Shown: piece after piece, positions 16,552 through 29,176 of the stretch | How positions within the stretch are numbered: position 1 is the stretch's first letter | Layout: the number at the start of each line of letters is the position of its first letter | Source of the DNA: Auanema rhodensis | Lineage: Eukaryota > Animalia > Nematoda | Assembly (NCBI GenBank): GCA_964057225.1 | Contig: OZ059895.1 | Coordinates: 13,578,001 to 13,642,000 of the forward strand | Direction of reading: 5' to 3' | DNA length: 64,000 nucleotides | Notes under the pieces: generated by a model | Seen by the model: the letters and a program-made list of their open reading frames with translations, nothing else | Databases searched by the model: none | Told to the model about the DNA's origin: nothing | Translations under genes and position numbers: made by a program

Positions 16552-16626
16552 GGCCCTCCCCCTTTGTAGCCTTAAGGAAAATGGGCGGTTCCAACCAATG
16601 ACCAACGCAAGGAGGCGGGCCAACCA
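16552..16626 (+). promoter_or_regulatory. GC-box/CCAAT proximal promoter of ceh-43
   Basis: GC-rich island in AT-rich DNA: CCCTCCCCC, GGGCGG (16583), CCAAT (16595) and GGCGGG (16614), about 270-340 bp upstream of the ATG. Confidence 0.5.
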
Positions 16627-16888
16627 GTACCGCAGTCATAGTCAAGCAGTCTCTTTTCTCTCTTTCTCACTACCATCCTTTTGGAATTACTATTTATGCT
16701 TTCATTTCAAGCGCACCTGATTAGTCACTTGTTAAATTATTTCAAATAACAATAATTGATTTTTATTGCTTTCGTCTTGTGAACCAGGTTATATTTTTTA
16801 TATTTAGGCTAGCAAAGGTTTTGCATCAACTACCAGTTTGCTCCTCAGAACAGTTTTCATAGCCTGTACTTCCAAGTTGCAATTTAAA

Positions 16889-18933
16889 ATGGATATGGAT
16901 CAGAAGCCGTTTGCTACTGATTATTCGAGCAGTTATGGATACTATCAGAATCAAGCCTCGGCAGCAGTTGCAGATTTTTCTGCTGCCAGAAATGGTGTCA
17001 GCCCTTATTTCTGCCCAACATTCGCAACTTCGGCTGCCAGCACTATGTACTCACAACCACAATCTCACTTTATGTATCCTCATCCTACTGCTAGCTCACC
17101 TGAAGGTTCGTTTTGATCATATCTTTTATTTTTATATTTTTCTACTTAGTCTAGAAAATTTTATTGAACATAAAGGTTTTGCAGAACATGTAACAACCAA
17201 GATCCAAGAGGGTTCTGAAGTGAAAATTAACAAAAACGGAAAAAAAGTTCGAAAACCTCGCACTATTTATTCAAGTCAGCAATTAGCAATGCTTCAAAAA
17301 AGGTAATTTGTTAGTTTAATCTGCATATTATACGTTATTCTTAAAGATTCATTAAAACCCAATATCTTGCTTTACCCGATCGAGCTTCTTTAGCAGCTGA
17401 GCTCGGACTGACTCAAACTCAGGTATAGTTATAGTTTTACAATTCTATATCACATTATTCTACTACTATCAAATTTCGAATATTAATAAGCTTCTATTTT
17501 TCTTTATATATATATAGCAGTTTTCTCTATTTCATACAGTATGATCTGTTTGTCTGTTAGTGTTTCTGCCTATTCTTTTCACATTGAAAAGACAGACAGA
17601 TCGAGACACTTCTGATCGTTGCATAGGTTACTGTAGGTTGAGGAGATCTCTTCTATTCCTTTTTCGATATGAGAAGGGGGGGACTAGCATTGTATTATCT
17701 GAAAAAGAAACCAGCTCTTTATTTTTTCCTCTCTACATTTTAAACACTTCTAAATGTGGGAATGAATAAAAAAGTATGTATATTTATAACAATTTTGAAT
17801 TAGTAAACGAAATCGTTTATCTTTCTTAAATCAGCAAAGCCCATGTTAAAAATCAAATACTTTGATATTTGGAAAAATCACAAACATATCTAACTATATC
17901 AGACTGAAACAAAGATTAAGAACCCCTGTGGATTCTAGCTAACTAATTTCTCTTTCCTATTGTCAAACCCCTTACACCTGTTGGATTAACAGTTAGCTCA
18001 CGGCATGTCTTTAAGATCCGGATGCTATAATCCTGTACAATCAGATATGTTCATATTCTTCATTTAACTCTCTCAGAAATATATGGCAATAGCTTCTTAA
18101 TGAGGATTGTATGCGAATTGCGAAGTTAAATCAAGCATCTTGTCGTTGTCATTCAAGAAGATGAGTAAAATAAACATACTCTGGAGATTGTTATCGTTCA
18201 TATCTTTTACACATTTCTGTCATCCATGTTTTTCCAATGCATATAAGGTATGCAACACCTTGTCATTCATCCATCAACGTTCCTATCAACATATGTCAGA
18301 CGTTATCTTGTTGCGCATCTCATCTTCAGCATGACAGAACATTGTCAGGTATTGACTTGCAGGTCATACCGGAAATAAAGCTGTTGAGAATTTATTTTGA
18401 AATTCAATAAATGGATGCTATTTCATATCCACTACACAGTTACTTAGATTCTGTTTAATTCAATCATTTCGCGCTGTTTCTTCTCAGTTTCATATCTTCC
18501 CTACCTCATGTAAATCATCAAAAATCAATTTCAACACTAACAATTCACGCCTTCAAGACCTTCAATTATTTGCCTAGATTACTGTAATCTTGCCAGCAAA
18601 GTTCAAATTCAAACTACTGTCGCAAGGAAAAGGCGATCGTTGACATATCCTTTTTCATTCTTGAACTTTTTTCTTATGTACATTCTGTTTCAACTAAGGT
18701 ACTTGCTGGGTATATAACACATATCTTTTTCCGTTTCGTTTGTTCGCTATTTTTAAGCATCTATCGTTAATATATGAGATCAGACCTAAATTTAGCAACT
18801 TCCGTGAAGTGGAACCTCCTTATGAGGTCGTAACAACCATGGTTTACGAGCTCCTTGTGACCTTGTTACGTTTACAACTAGCTAGCTTCGCAATCCATAC
18901 CGTGTTTTACTTCATGACTCATTTCCATAAATG

Positions 18934-18971
<38 letters not shown>

Positions 18972-20364
18972 ATTAGTTTGATTATATATAGTTTTGATAG
19001 TGATGGTGACAAAAAAACATGGATGTATATCATCGCATAGTAATCAAACTTAATTAAAAAGTCTTAAAATCTTAAAAAATAAAGATTTCTTTAATTCACT
19101 ACGATTATCATTCATAGCTGATGAAGTTGTGTTTCTTTAGAAGACTATAATATTACTTCATTTCACATGAGGGTACATATAAGTTTTAACCAGTCTTCAA
19201 TGAACTGGGGTTATGTTTTGGTATTTGGGGAGCCACAGTTGTGTCACTAGACCCCGGGTTACGGTAACCTCGATTTTACAGAAAAGAAGAATAGTATCAA
19301 AATTGTAAAGACCATGAAAGAGACGCATAGGCAGAGTCATATTCTACTTCTCTGTTCTTTCTTTTTTTTCTCTATCCACCTTTTCTCTCTATAGATGGTG
19401 CACACGACCCACACACGACCCATGTAGGCTAATTACTGGTGACAGAATAACAATAGATTTAGATGAACTCGAGGTCTCATATGAACGAACGATATAACAA
19501 CAGCAAAATTCATAGAAATGCCCTTGGTTGATTTTGCTGAATTCCATGACATATGTTTAACTTTTCTTAGCACAACCTTTCGGCTTTTCACGCTCACGAA
19601 CTTTAAAACTTAAAAAGGTGCTACTCCCTGCTGAGACCGCCAGCCGCCATTAGCAAACGCAGAAGTTTTACGTGTCGGTTTAGAACAAGGCTCATATGTC
19701 TTATAAACTGGCCGAAATAGGTGCGAAATGACCGTTTGTGAACATGTAACTTTATGGCCTTCTTGTACACCCTTTGCCGACATTGGCTCTTTTCTACATT
19801 TGAAAAATAATAAAACAAAATTTCGGACTAAATTTATAGTTTTTATAATTTTCTTTATTTCAGGTTAAAATCTGGTTTCAAAATCGGAGATCCAAACAAA
19901 AAAAGCAGAAAAATTGCCCTGAACGTACCTCTGATGAGGAGGGAGAAACTGAGGAATCGCACGATGCTCAATCTCCTGGTTGTGATTCTGATGCTCCATC
20001 AAGCGGTACTGTAGCTAGTTCAGCAGGACAAACAATCAATCCTATAATCACGTTGGGATCAAATACTGCATCAGCTACCACCCCAACTGGAGCTGGAGCA
20101 ACAGACTGGACTCAATCAGTGGTGCTATCGGCTCAACAACCAGCCACAGGAATGTTAACGTCAACAGGAACAGCCGTTTTGCCACCTATGGGGACAGCAA
20201 CAGTTGCAGGAGCTGGTGTTGCAAATGGAAATCTGTTAACTACCCCATTAAGCACATATGACACTTTGAAGTACCCTGACGGACAAGATGTTAAACCCTT
20301 CTATGATCCTATGCAAAGTTACTATGCACCGTATGGTTTACCACATAGTTATACTGGATATTAA
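16889..20364 (+). CDS. ceh-43: Distal-less/Dlx homeobox transcription factor
   Basis: Exons 16889-17105, 17176-17302, 17347-17422 and 19864-20364. Homeodomain [60 protein letters not shown]. A 2441-nt intron sits at the Q/V position. Confidence 0.95.
18936..18968. repeat. (AT)n microsatellite in the ceh-43 long intron; similar tracts near 1480-1510, 30995-31018, 40905-40940, 47005-47020 and 55713-55732
   Basis: About 16 uninterrupted AT units visible directly. Confidence 0.9.
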
Positions 20365-21415
20365 CGCTGAATATATTTATCCCATAGGCTTTGCTCTCTA
20401 TTCTTCAATTAAATTTCTCAAAATAATGTATATGTTATCAATCATTTGTATTTTTCTCAATCGACAAGTCAATCACTGTTTACGTTCATATGTATGTGTG
20501 TTTCTCTCCATTTTCGACTTCTCTCCTCTTTCTCAGTGATTACTTTTTGTGATCAGTTCGTTTAGGTCACAACATGTTTCTGTCAGTGCACATGAATTCA
20601 TTTTCAATTTTCTTAACCAAACTTTAATCCTTGCATTTATAATTGATCTTTCTAGATTCTGATTGCTTCTACACTCTCATGTTTTCTTGCATTATTTACT
20701 CTATTGTATACATTTCCACTGCATCAGAGCACATTTTTGAGTACGGGATCTACTTCTTCTTCTTGGAGTGGTTGAAAATTATATATTTTATAATGTTTTT
20801 CTCACCTTGATCATATTTAATGCATGCTACGCATTGGTCAGATTATAATTTTATAAATAGTTACTATTTATTTTGCTTTATAATCATTTTTAAAGAAACA
20901 TGAACATATTATATGAAAGAATTACAAAAAAACATTATTTATATAAATTTAATGAAGTCTGATCATAACAGAAAATTATTTTCATTTTTTTTTTGGTAGT
21001 TTTTATACCTTACTAGAGAATATTCGTGAACAGAAGGCCATTCAACAACGAAGGACCAAAGTCATTTGGGTCGAACGGAGGCCACTCGCTTTTCACATGA
21101 CTATTCTACGCTCTCAGTCAGTTCAATGAGGTCCCGATATGTTTTTAAGGCCAAAACCTCAATTTAAAACAAAAAAGATGGAAATCTACCGTATCAGAAG
21201 AAAACGAGAATGCGAACTGGTATACGTGGGAGCTCAAGTAGTTTTAAACAACAGGAATGTGCATATAGAATAAAATGGAAAGAAAAGAAAATCTTGAAAA
21301 TCTTTGCTTTTTGAGTGATGTGGATGACTTTATGTATTCAATAATAATAATTTTTTATTTTAATTTATATATTTATAGTTTTTACTATGCTAAGTATTCA
21401 AAAAATGGTGTGTTT

Positions 21416-24400
21416 TCATAAATCAGCAGTTGTTTCTGATTTCCTCAAGAGTACTTTGAATGCACGACTTCCATTTTCATCGCCAACTGGATGCATTTTT
21501 TCTTCTGGGAAGAGCAATGTTCTAATTGGACGTGTCAGAAATATATCAATTAGAAATGCAATAAGATAACTCATTGTTGCTGCAGATATCGCTGAGTATA
21601 CCTAAAATAAATAAAATATAAAAACTAAAGGGCAAAGAAAGTTTTTATTATTTATTGAATTCCTGTATGTGTGCATCGATATAAACCAGGAAAACGCGGG
21701 ATGGTTTTTATCTAGGTACATCAATAGCGAGGTAACATCTGCTTCCATATCTGTTTTATGCGTTTTTTTTTGGATTGGTCACCTAGTATATAGAATGAAC
21801 CTTATGAGCCGTGAAAAAATTTATGTGCTTCATTTTTGGAACACCTAGTGCCTCAAAATCTAGAGAAATAAAATTTTTTCTATAATCTTCGCCAGCCACA
21901 ACATATTTGAGCTTAGTATGAAGTTTATTCCTTGTTATCTCGCAGGTTTTGCTTATTGTTAGTAGCACAGAACTTAACAGATGTCTGAAGCTTAGCAATA
22001 TTATAGGTCGGCAAAGGCATATGAGAGACAAACAGAAGCAGGTATATCCTTACAAAGGATTTCCTTTTCCGGTATGTTCACAAGTGCCGGATTTGAAGCG
22101 ATGCAATGACACAGAGAAATAGAAACACTTAGTTTATTCAGCGTTGATCATTCAACAATAAGTAGAGGCGGATATAAGCTGTGGTCGAAGCTTTTGAAGG
22201 CAGATTTCAAATCCAAATTTGTGGCAAGGGACGGAAAGAAAGAGAATGAGATATGCATGAGAGGGAGATCTTGGGGTCATCAATCTCGGTTCGTCGATGT
22301 GTGAAGAAGCCGGCTGCCAGAAATGCCGGATACGGTGAGCGTTTCCGGCATTGTTAGCATAGCTTGAAATTTCATGTCTTTAATAGTATTTATATCCAAA
22401 TCGAATATTGTTATTATTCTTGTTTCCTGATAAACTGTGAACGTTGTATACATCAGTGATATACAAGATTATTGGGAAAGTTAAGACTTGTAAATCAAAT
22501 GAGAGAGAAAAATAGGGAAAGCAGCATCTTTGGTAAAGAATACTTGCCGACTAGTCAATCTTCGGTCCTGTCACTAGACGTGATTGAGAGCTGACAGACA
22601 CGAAGACATGGTGAGGAAAATCGCCATTTCAAGAATAGTAAAGAGAGGGAATACAATATATATTCCAAAAACTTAGTGTCCCCCCCCCCCCCCCAACCAC
22701 TACTCATTTTCTTTAAACATACCATACTCCAGTGGGTTGCGTATGAAGGACGACTTAGTGACGTGAAAAAGTATAGTATAACAGGTTCAGCCTGTGCGAA
22801 CAATATTATAAGTATGTATTTTTAACTTTCACTTACCACAATCAGAGCAATCCATGTTAACTTGGAAAGTGGAGAAAAGATACGCCATGAAAGAATAGCT
22901 GTTATCCAACCTTAAATTCAGTAATAAGCTTTATAATTGATTTGTTAATCTCTTACTGAAATATCCTTGTTCTCCCAAGTAGAGGAACGATAATAATGAA
23001 AAAGCCCATAAGGGTCTATGGATAGCTCCATAAAATGATAAAAATAGATGACTTCCTACGTTACGGGAAGCATACGGTAACAATGCAAATAATACAAATA
23101 TCGTAAATATAATACTTAGAATTGTTATCACTTTGCTTAAATACTAAAATATAAATAAGTTTTTTGTTTATAAACGTGCAAAGCACAATCTTACTTGTTC
23201 TAACAAGCCTTTAGGTTCAGGTAACTGAGCTTCATCCACTTCTTCGGCACTCAATGAGCTTTGAAGACTAGAAGCTTTTCTCGTTTTTATGAAAACTCCA
23301 TATATGAAACCAATCAAATAAGATGGTGCTCGATAGAATAATGACTGCATGAAAATCAGTATTCCATTAATTTTCTTCTCACTTCAAGAAATGAAATCAG
23401 GACAATCTGTTAGAATAAACATACGGAATAGGCTCTGTAGTCAATATGGCAACGGGCGGTAATTCATTAATATATATATATATGAATGAAAAAATACAAG
23501 AAGCTGCTAACATCACAGCAGAACCAATCTAAACTTTCATATTTAAAACTAGAAGCTAAGTTAAACTAACCATAGTATACATAAAGTGAGAACGGGCCAC
23601 ATATATTAAAACTACCAAAATAACAAAAAATTGTGCCTCAAGGGACATAATGCTTCCAAAATCCACGCACTTAAGAGAGAAATGAATTATGAGAAGTATA
23701 TCAATAATCTTACAGTACTCCTAACATCATAGAAATTGTTAATGAACAAAATATTCTTCCACCAATTGTTTTCACACCGTTCCACCTAAAAATATGAATA
23801 ACAAAGTTTTAAGAAAGTTTTTCAAGAATACAGTATCTGAATGAATCCACATAGGTCCCGATGAAATTCCAGAAAAAATAAACATCATAAATAACACACA
23901 AAACACATAAGCAGGCCAGAAACTAAAGTTCATATAGTAGAAATCATGTAAATGCTGCATTTACCGAACAAATCTGTACAATATGACTGTTCCAACATCT
24001 TTCCACGATTTTAAGCTACCATATACTAAGAATGTTGTGTATAAAGCAGACAATGCAAATAGCCCATCCACCTTTAAAAATATTTTAAATACATTAAGAA
24101 ATGAATGATGCTACCTGATATGAATAATTGTTTGTGAGATGCATACTTGGTGAATAAACTCCATCAAATGAAAAAGCTACGTTTTCTGCAAAACTTGTAG
24201 TTTATAAATAATGGAAGAAAACTAATATTTAACCTATATACGGCATCATATAGTTGTAAACATTTCCTGTAATAATCCACATGAATGCTAAAAATTCTAC
24301 ACCATGTAAAGCATGAAGACCATCTGTACGAATTCTAAAGCCTGACTTCGGAAACATAATTTGTTTTATAATACCTTTTGGTTGAAAGAGCTTTTTTCGC

Positions 24401-25533
24401 ATTAGCTTTGATCGAAAAAGAATGTAGTAAGTGATAAAAACTCGAATTATGTTTCAAAGGAATTAGAGTAATAAGAATAAGAGCTCCTAACCAAATTGCA
24501 CATAATGCTCTGAATGTATCTATATTATTAGAAAATCATTAATAACATGATACATAAGAATATATGCTGTAGAATTCCAGTTGACATCAAATTCACAATC
24601 TACTTGCAATTCGTATGGTGATATACCTGTAAAGATAGAATGAGTTTCTTTATTATTATTTGTCAACTTTTTGTAATATTGGCTAATGAATCTGCTGAGC
24701 AAGACGAAGGAAAGCAAACTCCGATATTAATTGCTAAAGGATCCGTCTGTGTGCATCCTTCTTCAACCTGAATATGAATTCAATTATAACATGAATATTT
24801 CTATCAAAAAGGTTCACCAACGAATCTGGCACTTCTAATGTCACTCTACAGTATTTTCCTCGGAAATCCTGAGAACTAAAAATATATAAAAATGAAAAAT
24901 AACGAGTGAATGGCATACACTCTCAAGCTTTGACAAGTTTCATAGTCACCCAGCCAATAATAGTTTCCATCACTGATTCCTGCACCAGGTTTTCCCAACG
25001 AATCAATCCCTTTAAGTTTTTATAAAATATAATCAACCCCTTCCAAAAATTGTACATTTAATTATCCATTTTCCTTGTTCTTTTATATGTGTACATGAAG
25101 AGCATTTTTCAGCATTTTCTGAGCCGGGACATTTTTCTAAAAGTGCATATTCACTATGCTGAAATGAGAATGTTGATATACTAAAGGCTACCTAATGCAT
25201 TATCGACAGTGCAGAATATGCTTTCGAATCCTCGACGGCATTGTGGATCTACATTCATTTCATGAGCAATACTACCTAAACAAAAATATTATTTATATTG
25301 AGAAACATTTTAAACTAGTTACATACAAAACTTTGGCAACTGCTCTATATCAAAGTCAGGTAACACAGGAAGTTTGTATTGGTTTAAAGGTCTTGGTCGA
25401 GGAGGTACTCGTAATGGACATAATGTACATGCTTGAGCTTCATGAAGTAGTAGAATCAGTGCAAATCTATGATATAACATAATGAAATTATTTCAATATA
25501 AATTATTTACTTAAATAGGAAAAGGGCATTCAT
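21416..25533 (-). CDS. NRF-6/OAC-family protein: signal peptide, NRF domain and acyltransferase-3 multipass domain
   Basis: N-terminus MNALFLFKFALILLLHEAQA, NRF-domain motif DSLGKPGAGISDGNYYWLGDYETC, AT3 motifs LHALHGVRILAFMWII, VDGLFALS, CENNWWKNILFINN, FYRAPSYLIG and ILSWRIFSPLSKL. Which paralog it is cannot be resolved. Confidence 0.85.
22680..22694 (-). repeat. G15 homopolymer (C15 on +), potential G-quadruplex
   Basis: Fifteen consecutive C, about 28 nt inside the donor end of intron 21602-22722. Confidence 0.9.
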
Positions 25534-26469
25534 AATCCTATTTTGGATTTATAGTATTCAGTAGCTCCCACAATGACTTTATTATATTAATTCCAAACTG
25601 AAAAAAGAGCATGTATCAATGCTTAGAAATTGAAAGTATGAAATAATAAAGGTTGAAGTTCTTTCGAAGGACGCATGTTAGAAATTGACAAGAGTTCTTA
25701 TCGGGAATGATAAGACAGGAACAATGGAAGTAACCGTTTGTTTGACAGGGTGTCAATTATGCCATAAATTAGCAAATTTAAGTTTCTTCAGCAATTAAGA
25801 AAAACAAAATAAAACATTTGAATCAGAAAATAAATACTGAAAATCAATGTTGTACATCTGAAACAATAATTTTTACATTTAGCATGTGTATAAGTAGGAA
25901 TATGTTTAGCTAAGAAAGTATATAACTACTTTTTTACATAGTTCTTGATAAGATTTTTTTGATTGGCAGTTGATATTGAGATATTTATGAACATAGGACT
26001 AAGCAACTGAAACATTATCATAAGATTTTCATCAGAGTATTCATATATTAATCACTAAATAATGCTTTGTTCAAGTTTTCTTTTATAATCTAGATATAAT
26101 ATTTGGAAAAGGAATTGTGTTCGTTATAGAAGGTTCAAAAGAGAACAATTTTAATCGTTGAACTATTAAAGATACTAACGACATAAACTATAACAAGCTG
26201 GAATGTGCTTGACTATTTATTGCAATAATAAGAGATTCGTAGATCTCACTGTTCTTATTATTAGAAATTTGAATTATTTTCTGCCGCTCAGCAAACATTC
26301 CAAATTTATTTTGCTCTACCATGAAAGATCAAGACGAAAAAATTATTATTGAGTGATTATGTCTATCTGTAGTCTGTAGAAAGTAAGAAACCGTTTCTTT
26401 TACTATTACTTTCTCCACATATACTTTTCAATATAATACTCATCTACAGGCTGTAAGTTGGAAACAAAA

Positions 26470-29033
26470 ATGTCTTGGATCAACCGAAAACACGAGGCGA
26501 TTGCAAATGAAAAGGCTTATTTCTTTGGAAAGCATCTAGCTTTACTGGAGGAGCAATGCAAAGCATTAATAAATACAGAAATCACTACTTTCGAAGAAAA
26601 GGTTTGGTATAATTTCGTTTAACCGTAACCAATTCAGTATTAGATGGGAATTCATCATGAAGAGGCATTCATGAAGTTTTGCCGGGTTAGTGTTGCCCCA
26701 GATCCTCTATTTTTTCATTTGTTCATACAAGATACAGCATTTTCCCTTGATGATTTTTGTGAGTTGCTGTCATATATATACATATATAGTTAGATCTTTA
26801 GTTGAGTACTATGAGAAGAATGCCATCGACTTTGCCAAGGGTGTGCCTTTTGTTGATTTGGCTCTGTTACTTGGAAAGGTTAGATTGATTCTATATTGTG
26901 TTAGGTACCTTAATCTTTTGTTTCACTAGATTGATCATGCTAAAAAATTCGCTCAGTCTCAAGGTTTACAATATGACATTTTAAAAATATCGGACGAGTG
27001 CAATGATAGCAGTGAGTATTTTTTCAAATAACAATCTTATTTTATTTCTATAGGAAATTTCGCTGAGGAAATGTTACGATATAAAACCAGCTGCAACTTT
27101 AATACAATATCTAACGGAAATGTGAATGAGGAAGTTCGAGAAGCATGCAAGTTGACTTGCTTTGTTTGTGATATGTTTTCATCGGAGGCAGGAAAAGAAT
27201 ATGCATTAACTGAAATGTGGAGGCAGGGATATGAATGGTAGTCTTATGTGTTTAGTGTTTCTTACAAACATTACTATAGGGACGTTTATATTTTATCAGT
27301 GATTCTGGGATTTTCTGCTTCAAACAGCAAATTTTATAAATTTGTGCAAACTTCTTTCATTAAAAAGCATAAGGATATTGCTATTCTAGGGTAAAGATAT
27401 TTGCCATGTTACACGAGGACCAATTTACATTTAGATTAATGAGCGATGTGTTGAAACACAAAGTTCCTTTCTGGAAGTACGCTTCTCATTCAATTTTGGT
27501 TTCTGTTGGACCTGTAGGCTTTTTATGTTTTTTGGCTTTATATAATATTTTTCATAGATTGTTTCTTACCGCCTACTTATATATGCCTGTTTGAAACATG
27601 AGCAAAGCGAAACTGATATGGAGAAAAAGATAGTATGTTTATCATATTTTTACATAAATGAAGTTTATTTAGTCTGAACGAATAAAAATATCCAGAGTTT
27701 TTCAAGAAATTCTCTTAATATGTCTATCTTCTGGAAAATACGACATATTCCATGCTATTTTAAACGATTTCTTCCGAACTATACATAACATTGATTCATC
27801 GATTCTGAGTGATATGTTTTACGGTGCGGATAAAGTCAGTTTTAAGGTTTGATATAACTTTTTTCTTTGTTTGTTTTATTAAGCAAAATGTTATAGAGAG
27901 GTGTTGAGTTTTTAGCAAGTGTTTACGAACTTGTTAACCACCTTACTCGTCGTTATAGATCTTCAAAATGTGACGAGTTTTCTACGTTTTCAAAAGGTTT
28001 CATAATGCTAAATTTTAAATAATTTTTTGTTTCAAGGTGTGCTTGGTGGATTTGTTAAGTTGTGGCTAAAGTCCGGATACTATGTTAAAGACTATGAAAA
28101 AACATGTTTAGAATCATTGAAAAGAATATTAAAAGAATTATACAGTATTTCAAAGGTAACTCAAAGAAAAACACCAATTTATTAATATTCAATTTTCAGG
28201 CAGAAAATATGAAAGATGCCTTACTAACCATTGGCATATTGAATGCTATTTTATCATCAACTCAATGTAACATATTCAACGACATTCGTAGTTTAGTAGT
28301 TACAGACGAAATAGCACATCAAATAACTAATACTTTAAAATCTAGTAAATTATGTAAATCTATTAAACATTATTTTATTTTTTTTTAGATTTTACTAACT
28401 CATCGGGTGAAGATGATTTGGATATCATTTGCAAAGACCTCAATAATATTTTATTCTCAGAAAGCAGTTAAGTTGTAGTTTTTATTGTTCATTTAAAATG
28501 TTAATATAGGTACAGTTAAATCTGTGTTTGAAGAATTAAATTCCGGTGTAGTATATACTGTGGAAAATAATAATTTAAACCTGCTAGGTAAGAATATTGC
28601 CCTATCTAATAAATAAAATTTTTTAGATTATTTTGAGAAGCATCATTTAACATTCGTATCTCTAGAATCAGAGAATACCATTGGAGAAAATCTTAAAGAT
28701 TCCAGCAAACCAATAGAGGTAATATATTTTGATACTTCAGAAACATCTGTTTCCAGAGTGCCACCTGTAATTTAGCTGCTACGACTACTAGTAGCAGTGG
28801 GAGAGGTTCATCTTCGTCTATTGAATATATCAGTGTAAGTTCATGCTACGAAACCAGAACAAGTTATAAAAGATTTTATTGTTTAGGATAGTTCCAACCG
28901 TTCAATAAAAAGCTCGGAATCAAAGTTTAAATCAGGCGGATTTGAGATTAATGTACAACAAATATTTTTCAATATAATACATAAATAATTACAGTGCATG
29001 ACGGAAGGATTCAATGGTTGGTTAAGAACGTAA
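26470..29033 (+). CDS. Uncharacterised multi-exon, mostly helical protein (roughly 600 aa) with Ser-rich tail
   Basis: Hand-splicing of canonical GT-AG introns gives a continuous frame from MSWINRKHEAIANEK to CMTEGFNGWLRT*. No family motif recognised. Confidence 0.7.
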
Positions 29034-29176
29034 AGATCACTCACAGATGAATATATTTATTTTTTTACATGTGAACTTTTTCAGTTGTATCTCTCGGCAA
29101 TAAATATTCCTAAAAGAAATTTATTAACTGTATGGAGAAGTTCTTATATTTAAATGGTTATATTTTACAAATTTGT

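Noticed and set aside
21010-21130. GC-richer exon-like stretch between ceh-43 and the NRF-6-like gene
   Set aside because: Short frame with no start codon or partner exons.
26636-26690. Apparent in-frame TGA (possible readthrough or selenocysteine) in the orphan gene
   Set aside because: It disappears with the correct acceptor and frame (MGIHHEEAFMKFCRVSVAP...).
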